A stretch of DNA of 44,719 nt. Origin: a virus (Duplodnaviria; Heunggongvirae; Uroviricota; Caudoviricetes). The stretch covers positions 1-44,719 of the IMG/VR virus record IMGVR_UViG_2737471862_000003. One strand, given 5' to 3'. The notes under the pieces are model-generated. The model was not told the origin of the DNA. It was given only the letters and a program-made list of their open reading frames with translations, and ran no database searches. Both the position numbers and the translations under genes were made by a program. Positions 38,138 through 44,719 of the stretch are shown here, one piece after another. The stretch's first letter is position 1, and the number at the start of each line of letters is the position of its first letter.

Positions 38138-38159
38138 CCGCCGCAAGGCGGTTTTTTTT
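38138..38159 (+). terminator. strong intrinsic terminator after the repressor gene
   Basis: CCGCC-GCAA-GGCGG hairpin with a GNRA loop followed by eight T. Confidence 0.8.
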
Positions 38160-38180
38160 ACCTTTTACGTATTCATTATG

Positions 38181-38209
38181 TTGACTTTTGTTCACCTAGA
38201 GAGAACAAT
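38181..38209 (+). promoter_or_regulatory. pL-like promoter with overlapping operator (TTGACT ... TGTTC-N9-GAACA)
   Basis: TTGACTTTTGTTCACCTAGAGAGAACAAT has the same architecture as the minus-strand cro promoter (TTGACTTATGTTCGTTTTAAGTGAACAAT). Confidence 0.55.
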
Positions 38210-38283
38210 GTATTCCATCAAAGCACAACGGTGCGACAGGTCTTAGTTCCGCCACCCCGGCGTTAAGGGGAAATGAGGTCAGC

Positions 38284-38436
38284 ATGGATACTATCGATCT
38301 TGGCAACAACGAATCTCTGGTATACAGCGTGTTTCCCAACCAGGACGGCACATTCACCGCGATGACGTATACCAAAAGCAAAACGTTTAAAACCGAAACT
38401 GGCGCACGTCGCTGGTTAGCCAGAAATACTGACTGA
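38284..38436 (+). CDS. hypothetical 50 aa protein, first gene of the early-left operon
   Basis: ATG with a GAGG ribosome-binding site (MDTIDLGNNESLVYSVFPNQDGTFTAMTYTKSKTFKTETGARRWLARNTD). Not in the ORF track because it is under 60 aa. Its stop overlaps the next ORF. Confidence 0.55.
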   Translation: MDTIDLGNNESLVYSVFPNQDGTFTAMTYTKSKTFKTETGARRWLARNTD

Positions 38437-38444
38437 TGAGGTTA

Positions 38445-39080
38445 ATGATGGAATTTAAAGATTTACCGCTATCAATCCAGGAGATTGCAGCACACACACT
38501 ACGTCAACGTCTGAACGAAGCTATGGCTGAATCTGCAACGAAAGAAACCATTGATAACATGGCTCGTAATGTACACGATGCGTTTACCGGATTGTATTTC
38601 TGTGCGTCTGTAAATAAACACGACCCAGAGAGTGTGGCAAAGAAAATTGCAGAAACGACAGTGCAAAACATCAATACGAAACCAACCGAAGACGAAATTG
38701 ACCAGCCTGCCAGTGAACAAAAAAAAGAAAAATCGCCATATGCGGGAAACATGTTTGTTTATGACAAACTTATCCGAATTCGTGGCGAAATTCCGACTGA
38801 ATACCTGGCAAGAATTCACCAGACATTACTTAAAAATCTGGAAACGGAAGTATTTGATGGCAACACCAACGGTTCCTTCGTGGTATCAGCTCTCACAAAG
38901 GAGTGGGATAAAGATAATCGCTGGAATGTTGCTACATGGTTATTCAGCAACAAAGCTTCTGCCCTGGAAGCTGCGGCGTGTATTTGCGACCTGCTAAGGA
39001 CAGACCGCAAATACAACCTGGATGTGTATAGCTATATTTATGCTGAACACTATCCGCTATGGATTAACTTTAACTGGTAA
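38445..39080 (+). CDS. hypothetical 211 aa protein (AT-rich cargo in the early-left operon)
   Basis: ORF with a GAGG ribosome-binding site. GC content is lower than in the flanking phage genes. No family recognised. Confidence 0.6.
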   Translation: MMEFKDLPLSIQEIAAHTLRQRLNEAMAESATKETIDNMARNVHDAFTGLYFCASVNKHDPESVAKKIAETTVQNINTKPTEDEIDQPASEQKKEKSPYAGNMFVYDKLIRIRGEIPTEYLARIHQTLLKNLETEVFDGNTNGSFVVSALTKEWDKDNRWNVATWLFSNKASALEAAACICDLLRTDRKYNLDVYSYIYAEHYPLWINFNW

Positions 39081-39290
39081 TTACAAAGCTGTACCTGCAG
39101 GGCCACGACGACCAGCACCACGATTGTAATCAATGATGCCATTATAAAGCGCATTATTTAATTTATCGTCGAATGCCGATTCTGTGAGCCCTGGCTCTGA
39201 ATGAGTTTTTAATAACCCTGATTGCCTGAGTTGATTAACCAGGCATTCAATCTGTTTTTCAATAAGCGGATGTATTGGCTTGTTTGGCAT
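39081..39290 (-). CDS. hypothetical 69 aa protein, convergent with the 211 aa gene
   Basis: Internal ATG with a GGAGGA ribosome-binding site (MPNKPIHPLIEKQIECLVNQLRQSGLL...). No gap between the two convergent stop codons. Confidence 0.5.
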   Translation of the reverse strand: MPNKPIHPLIEKQIECLVNQLRQSGLLKTHSEPGLTESAFDDKLNNALYNGIIDYNRGAGRRGPAGTAL

Positions 39291-39684
39291 TTTATCCTCC
39301 ATTGAGGTTACTGGTTGAGAATGGAGACCACACGTGACAGCGTGTTGTCGTGCGCCGGACACGGATAAGAATCCGGCACTGATAGTTTATGAAAGGATAT
39401 ATCCCTGAAAAGTCAGGGCATAACACGGAAGCGCACGGCGGAGGTGTCTTTTCCTTAGAAGGCTTGTCGTTAGATTTCTTCGACCGTGCGCTTCCGGTTG
39501 TGGCACTCCGCGAAATGGCGCGGCGGTAAGTATGGCGGGGTTATTCCTTACCCCCATTGGTGGCACCGGGTTGTCAGGTTGACCATACGCCTGAGTGACA
39601 ACCCCGCTACAACACTCCATGTTGATTTGTACCTTTGGCGGCATCAGTTTCATTGCTGGCTGATGTCCGCCCTTTTTAAAGTGA

Positions 39685-39834
39685 ATTTTGTGATGCGGTG
39701 AATGCGGCTAAGCGCACGCGGAACAGTTAAAAGCGTATTAAAGCATCTGTGTTATGGGTGGATTCTCTGTATCCGGCGTTAATTGTTAACTGGTTAACGT
39801 CACCTGGAGGCACCAGGCACCGCATCACAAAATT
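39685..39834. repeat. 16 bp perfect inverted repeat (ATTTTGTGATGCGGTG / CACCGCATCACAAAAT) flanking about 118 bp
   Basis: Read directly from the sequence. Lies in a 560 bp region with no convincing ORF that also holds a 13 bp inverted repeat (CGGAAGCGCACGG / CCGTGCGCTTCCG, about 39426-39496). Confidence 0.7.
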
Positions 39835-39853
39835 CATTGTTGAGGACGCGATA

Positions 39854-40042
39854 ATGGAAACATTATTACCAAACGTTAATACGTCTGAAGGTTGTTTTGA
39901 AATTGGTGTCAGTATCAGTAACCCTGCATTTACTGAAGATGCCATTAATAAGAGAAAACACGAACGGGAGTTATTAAATCAAATATGCATTGTTTCAATG
40001 CTGGCCCGTTTACGTCTGATGCAAAAAGGATACTGGCAATGA
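39854..40042 (+). CDS. hypothetical 62 aa protein
   Basis: ATG with a GAGGA ribosome-binding site. Translationally coupled (ATGA) to the next gene. Confidence 0.5.
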   Translation: METLLPNVNTSEGCFEIGVSISNPAFTEDAINKRKHERELLNQICIVSMLARLRLMQKGYWQ

Positions 40043-40230
40043 ATACAGCATTCGCACTCGTTCTGACAGTTTTTCTTAATACAGGCGAACCACTTGACCT
40101 TATTGTTGATATACGTGACTCAATGGAAGAATGCATGGCTGCCGCAGATGAACAGAAAATTCCCGGTAACTGTTATCCGGTCGATAAAGTTATTCGCATG
40201 AATAATAACGAAGTCCCGGCAGGGCTTTAA
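40039..40230 (+). CDS. hypothetical 63 aa protein with N-terminal hydrophobic (signal/transmembrane-like) segment
   Basis: MNTAFALVLTVFLNTGEPLDL..., with an AAGGA ribosome-binding site. Confidence 0.5.
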   Translation: MNTAFALVLTVFLNTGEPLDLIVDIRDSMEECMAAADEQKIPGNCYPVDKVIRMNNNEVPAGL

Positions 40231-40321
40231 ACCAGCACAGTAATAAATATCCGGTTTCATTTTTATATGCCAGCAATGGGCAGGGATTTGTTCACCCTAA
40301 AAATGGTTATGAGGTTTATCA

Positions 40322-42757
40322 ATGAGCACTGATAAAGAAGAAATTGCACTATATTACGAAGCCAAAAATGACAAAGTCAGAAAACGTCTTGGGATTAAAG
40401 GCGGTTTTTACTGGCGCACAGCAAAAAAATTATCGGTTGCAATATCACGCGGTGTTGTCGCAATGGACGATGCCGGATTTGACGAAGAGGATTTTAAAAA
40501 ACCTGTTCGCGTCCATTTACCCGTTGTGAATGACCTTCCTCCGGAAGGCGTGTTTGATATCGAATTCTGCAACCGATACGAAAAAGGCGGGGAAGATGGT
40601 ATCACAATGGTACTTATCGCGCCCTCGCCCTCTGTTCAGGATAAACCAGCCAGCACTGACAATACCAACGTCAACGGCGAAGACATGGCTGAGATTGAGG
40701 AGAACATGCTCCTGCCGGTTTCAGGTCAGATTCTGCCTGTTCGATGGCTGGCACAGCACGGCAGCGAAAAACCGATCACACACGTTTCGCGGGACGAACT
40801 GCGCGCATTACATAACGCACAGGATGAAAAACTTCCCGCCGTTACCGCGCTGGCTATCTCAAATAAAGCAGCGCAACTCGAACCGCTGGAGATTCGCGAT
40901 CTCCACAAACTGGTGCGAGACACTGACAAAGTTTTCCCCGCCCCCGTAAATTCGGACCTGGGACTGATAACCTCTTTTATCGAAGCATACCTGGACGCCG
41001 ACTACACCGATCGCGGTCTGCTGACAAAAGAGTGGATGAAAGGAAATCGTGTTTCGCGTATCACCCGTACGGCTTCCGGTGCAAATGCCGGTGGCGGGAA
41101 CAAAACCGATCGCAATCCGAATTTAGTACACACCTTCGATACGCTGGATGTGGAGATTGCAGCAGCCACACTTCCGATGGATTTTAATATTTATGAAATT
41201 CCGGGCAGCGTTTATCGTCGCGCAAAAGAAATCGTCCTGAAAAGAGAAAGTCCGTTCAAAGAATGGTCCGCAGCACTTCGCGCAACCCCGGGTATTCTGG
41301 ATTATTCCCGCGCCGCTATTTTTGCACTTATCCGGAGCGCTCACCCTGAGTTTTATCACTACCCGGGACGCCTTCAGGGGTATATCAACGCCCACTTAAC
41401 GGAGACTGATCACGAGAACCCCAGCAAGGAAACTCTCACTGCTGCACGACATACACCGGAAAAAGACATCCTGGAAGAAGTTAACCGCGAACTGGCTGCT
41501 GAACGCGAAACAGAAGAAGAAAAAAATAATGAGGAAAAATCACAACCGTCTGACGCAATGGCAGATGAACAGGCAACGACTGAAGCAATGGGACAGGATA
41601 CAACTGAATATCGCCAGGACACACAATCGCTGGATACTCAGGCACAGATAAATCCGGTTAATCAGGTAAAAGTTACCGCTGACGAAGTAAACAAAATTAT
41701 GCAGGCAGCCAATATCAACCAGCCTGATGCCGACAAAATACTGGCAGTCCATCGCGGTGAATTCGTTGACGGAATTAGCGACCCGAATGATCCGAAATGG
41801 GTTAAGGGGATTGAAACCCGCAATTCTGTGAACCAGAACCAGCCCGAATCGGAACAAAACAGCCAAAATGCGTTACAAAACGAGCCAGAAACGAAACAGC
41901 CTGAACCAGAAGAGCAACAAGAACCGGAAAAAGTCTGCACCGCCTGCGGTCAGACCGGCGGCGACAACTGTCCTGACTGTGGCGCGGTGATGGGCGACGC
42001 AACATACCAGGAAACATTCGATGAAAAAAATCAGGCTGAAGTTCAGGAAGATGATCCGGAGGAAATGGAAGGCGCTGAACATCCACACAAGGAGAACACT
42101 GGCGGCAATCAGCATCACAATAGCGATAATGAAACTGGCGAGACGGCAGATCACTCAATTAAGGTGAACGGTCATCACGAAATCACATCCACCAGCAGGA
42201 CGTGTGACCATCTAATGATCGACCTTGAAACCATGGGAAAAAATCCTGATGCCCCGATCATCTCAATAGGTGCAATATTTTTCGATCCGCAAACCGGAGA
42301 TATGGGACCGGAATTTAGTAAGACTATCGATCTGGAAACTGCTGGCGGAGTCATTGATCGGGACACCATTAAATGGTGGCTTAAGCAATCACGCGAAGCG
42401 CAATCTGCCATTATGACCGATGAAATCCCGTTAGATGATGCACTACTGCAATTGCGGGAATTTATCGACGAAAACTCCGGTGAATTTTTTGTTCAGGTCT
42501 GGGGTAATGGGGCCAACTTCGACAACGTGATTTTACGCCGTTCATACGAACGACAGGGTATCCCCTGCCCGTGGCGCTACTGCAACGATCGCGATGTACG
42601 CACAATCGTTGAGCTGGGGAAAGCCATAGACTTCGATGCCAGAACTGCTATCCCATTCGAAGGTGAGCGCCATAATGCACTTGATGACGCTCGTTACCAG
42701 GCAAAATACGTTTCAGCTATCTGGCAAAAACTGATCCCGAGTCAGGCTGATTTTTAA
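40322..42757 (+). CDS. large early protein with C-terminal DEDDh (DnaQ-like) 3'-5' exonuclease domain
   Basis: 811 aa. The C-terminal 184 aa contain DLET (Exo I), WGNGANFD (Exo II) and H-x4-D (HNALDDARY, Exo III) motifs. Upstream are an acidic Glu/Gln/Asn-rich linker and a C-x2-C-x9-C-x2-C zinc ribbon. It occupies the recE position next to xis/int. Confidence 0.75.
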   Translation: MSTDKEEIALYYEAKNDKVRKRLGIKGGFYWRTAKKLSVAISRGVVAMDDAGFDEEDFKKPVRVHLPVVNDLPPEGVFDIEFCNRYEKGGEDGITMVLIAPSPSVQDKPASTDNTNVNGEDMAEIEENMLLPVSGQILPVRWLAQHGSEKPITHVSRDELRALHNAQDEKLPAVTALAISNKAAQLEPLEIRDLHKLVRDTDKVFPAPVNSDLGLITSFIEAYLDADYTDRGLLTKEWMKGNRVSRITRTASGANAGGGNKTDRNPNLVHTFDTLDVEIAAATLPMDFNIYEIPGSVYRRAKEIVLKRESPFKEWSAALRATPGILDYSRAAIFALIRSAHPEFYHYPGRLQGYINAHLTETDHENPSKETLTAARHTPEKDILEEVNRELAAERETEEEKNNEEKSQPSDAMADEQATTEAMGQDTTEYRQDTQSLDTQAQINPVNQVKVTADEVNKIMQAANINQPDADKILAVHRGEFVDGISDPNDPKWVKGIETRNSVNQNQPESEQNSQNALQNEPETKQPEPEEQQEPEKVCTACGQTGGDNCPDCGAVMGDATYQETFDEKNQAEVQEDDPEEMEGAEHPHKENTGGNQHHNSDNETGETADHSIKVNGHHEITSTSRTCDHLMIDLETMGKNPDAPIISIGAIFFDPQTGDMGPEFSKTIDLETAGGVIDRDTIKWWLKQSREAQSAIMTDEIPLDDALLQLREFIDENSGEFFVQVWGNGANFDNVILRRSYERQGIPCPWRYCNDRDVRTIVELGKAIDFDARTAIPFEGERHNALDDARYQAKYVSAIWQKLIPSQADF

Positions 42758-42818
42758 TGTTCAACCGTCGCCAGTTGTCGTTGGTATTCTGCAACTGGCG
42801 CGTTCCGGAGTGATAGCC

Positions 42819-43088
42819 ATGAGCGAACAGTACCTGATAACGCTCGATGAGTGGAAGCCAAAACGGTTCAGTCTCCCAATAACAAACACTACCCTGGTGA
42901 AATACGGAAAACTAGGATACATCGTTCCAAGACCACAAAAAATTCGTGGGCGTTGGCTGATAGATCGCCGAGCAGTATTTGTTGGACCTGGTGAAACAGG
43001 AATTGCGCCGGAAATTCATACTGGCGATGATGATGCACTGAAGGAGATTTTAACTCATGTCACCGAGGCCACGAAAAAACAGCACTGA
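42819..43088 (+). CDS. xis: excisionase-like protein
   Basis: Small basic protein immediately upstream of and overlapping int (MSEQYLITLDEWKPKRFSLPITNTTLVKYGKLGYIVPRPQKIRGRWLIDRRAVFV). Called by position and composition. Confidence 0.6.
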   Translation: MSEQYLITLDEWKPKRFSLPITNTTLVKYGKLGYIVPRPQKIRGRWLIDRRAVFVGPGETGIAPEIHTGDDDALKEILTHVTEATKKQH

Positions 43089-44175
43089 CGTAGCCGGACT
43101 TTACGAAAAATTTGATCGCAGAACTGGCAGAGTTTACTACCAGTATAAAAACCCTGTGACTGGAAAATTTCACGGGCTCGGAACAGACAAAGGTAAGGCA
43201 GAAAAAATCGCTTCCACAGCCAATCAGCGAATAGCTGCAGCAGAGGCTGAATATTTCATGCGCAAAATTGATGAAAGTCCGTCAGCAACAAAGCGTCGGG
43301 GTATCAGATTAAAGGCATGGGTTGATCGATATCTGAAAATACAGGACACGCGACTGAAAAATGGAGATATTGCAGCTACAACTCACAAAGAAAAAGCCCG
43401 AATGGCTGCATACCTGGTTTCCCGTCTGGGAAACCACCCATTGAAAGAACTGGAAGTAAGAGACTTTGCATTAATACTGGATGAGTGGCTGGATAAAGAC
43501 ATGGTCAGCACAGCGAGAGTAAATCGTGGATTATGGGTTGATATTTATAAAGAAGCACAGCATGCAGGGGAAGTTCCTCCTGGATGGAATCCTCCGGAGG
43601 CTACCCGTAAACCGATCCCTAAAGTAACTAGAGCCAGGCTCACCCTGGAAGACTGGCAAAAAATTTACAACGCAACGCCTGAAAAACACTTTATCCGTAA
43701 CGCAATGCTTCTTGCGATTGTTACTGGTCAGCGCCGTGATGACATTTGCCACATGCGTTTTTCAGATGTGTGGAACGAACACTTGCATATCACCCAGGGA
43801 AAAACCGGAATGCGTCTGGCGTTACCGCTTACACTACGCTGTGATGCCATTGGGATAACGTTAAAAGAAGTTATTGATGGGTGCCGAGACAGAATATTAA
43901 GTCCATATCTAATCCATAGTCGGCACCAGAAACAACCAAAGCCGATGAGTAAAGACAACCTGAGCGACTACTTTGCCAAAGCACGGGATCTGGCTGGGAT
44001 AACTCCACCAGCAGGAAAAACTCCGCCAACATTTCATGAACAACGCTCCCTGTCAGAACGATTGTACCGCGCGCAGGGTATTGATACAAAAACATTACTG
44101 GGACATAAAGTCCAGGCAACCACCGATCGTTATAACGATACTCGTGGTCAGGAATGGGTTAAATTGGTTGTTTGA
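43057..44175 (+). CDS. int: tyrosine-type site-specific integrase (lambda Int family)
   Basis: 372 aa. The C-terminal catalytic region (…AIVTGQRRDDICHMRFSDV...HITQGKTGMRLALPL...PPTFHEQRSLSERLY...LLGHK...TDRYNDTRG.EW) parallels lambda Int. AAGGAG ribosome-binding site. Confidence 0.9.
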   Translation: MSPRPRKNSTDVAGLYEKFDRRTGRVYYQYKNPVTGKFHGLGTDKGKAEKIASTANQRIAAAEAEYFMRKIDESPSATKRRGIRLKAWVDRYLKIQDTRLKNGDIAATTHKEKARMAAYLVSRLGNHPLKELEVRDFALILDEWLDKDMVSTARVNRGLWVDIYKEAQHAGEVPPGWNPPEATRKPIPKVTRARLTLEDWQKIYNATPEKHFIRNAMLLAIVTGQRRDDICHMRFSDVWNEHLHITQGKTGMRLALPLTLRCDAIGITLKEVIDGCRDRILSPYLIHSRHQKQPKPMSKDNLSDYFAKARDLAGITPPAGKTPPTFHEQRSLSERLYRAQGIDTKTLLGHKVQATTDRYNDTRGQEWVKLVV

Positions 44176-44220
44176 CGAAATAAATACAGCTGAAAAATGT
44201 TGATATTGCTTTGCTAGTGT

Positions 44221-44243
44221 AAAAACCCCGGCATCAACCGGGG
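44221..44243 (-). terminator. intrinsic terminator of the flanking gene
   Basis: CCCCGG-N6-CCGGGG hairpin followed by TTTTT on the minus strand, just after the stop of the 155 aa gene. Coordinates approximate. Confidence 0.5.
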
Positions 44244-44251
44244 TTCGGAGA

Positions 44252-44719
44252 CTAATCTTGATCAGGTTCCTGCTTAGAATAATGTTTTCCAACAATAAAT
44301 GCCGTAACCAATGCAACAAGATCTATTGAAACGAGAGTTCCGGCAAGAACTGTCTCCCCCATGACGCCAAAGACAGTGGCAGCTAAGATGATCAATATTG
44401 CCAACCAAAAAGCCTTTGTTTGACCATCTCTGGCAATATCAATGCTATCAGCCACTGTTTTATGGCGATGAGCCTGCTCTTTTTCGGTCAACTCAACAAG
44501 TCGATTTGCAAGCCCAGGCACCAGTTGATCATACTTTTTAAGCATTGAAGGTGGCGGAACAGGCCCCTGAAAATGCTGGCAAACAATAGCCCGCACCTGC
44601 GGACTATCCAAAACCCTGTTTAAGACCTCTGGATTTTCGATTACTCGAGAAACCAGTTCATTATCCTTTTGTTCTTCACAAGTGAGTTTGGTGTTCTCAC
44701 TTTCTTTTTGATCTGGCAT
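44252..44719 (-). CDS. membrane protein with C-terminal transmembrane helices (possibly the flanking host gene or a prophage-end gene)
   Basis: 155 aa ORF whose ATG sits exactly at the window edge, so it may be N-terminally truncated. C-terminus is hydrophobic (AFWLAILIILAATVFGVMGETVLAGTLVSIDLVALVTAFIVG). Confidence 0.5.
   Translation of the reverse strand: MPDQKESENTKLTCEEQKDNELVSRVIENPEVLNRVLDSPQVRAIVCQHFQGPVPPPSMLKKYDQLVPGLANRLVELTEKEQAHRHKTVADSIDIARDGQTKAFWLAILIILAATVFGVMGETVLAGTLVSIDLVALVTAFIVGKHYSKQEPDQD

Noticed and set aside
39387-39653. 88 aa minus-strand ORF and overlapping plus-strand ORFs in the 39300-39850 region
   Set aside because: No credible ribosome-binding site, an atypical Pro/Arg-rich translation, and overlap with the long inverted repeats. 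The region is better explained as structured non-coding DNA or RNA.
40285-40297. TGTTCAC operator half-site just upstream of the exonuclease gene
   Set aside because: Only one half-site is present, with no GAACA partner at 9 bp spacing. It is probably coincidental, though it could be a weak auxiliary site.

Overview
This window is an almost complete lambdoid prophage of about 44 kb, lying in reverse orientation relative to the lambda map. Reading left to right: tail fibre assembly and side tail fibre genes, lom, the lambda-like tail genes (J, I, K, L, M, H, G/G-T, V, U, Z), head genes (FII, FI, E, D, C/Nu3, B, W), terminase (A, Nu1) and a cos site, all on the minus strand. These are followed by a post-lysis cargo region, a lysis cassette with a GH108-type endolysin, an AraC-family regulator and an ORF6N protein in the position where Stx phages carry stx, a Q antiterminator with a late promoter and terminator, RusA, a DUF968-like protein, a hok/mok toxin locus, an HNH endonuclease, a poorly characterised replication module, and a Cro-like/CII-like pair. 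On the plus strand are the repressor, an early-left operon and xis/int at the right edge. Structural genes look close to lambda itself; the early and accessory regions look like Rac, DLP12 or O157-type prophages, so the element is mosaic. The most interesting candidates are the accessory cargo: the first genes of the early-left operon, a large protein with a DEDDh 3'-5' exonuclease domain, a structured non-coding region, a possible spanin-equivalent trio, and phased direct repeats inside a replication-module gene. All identifications rest on reading the ORF translations and the DNA by eye; no database search was run. Coordinates of non-coding features are approximate to within a few bases.
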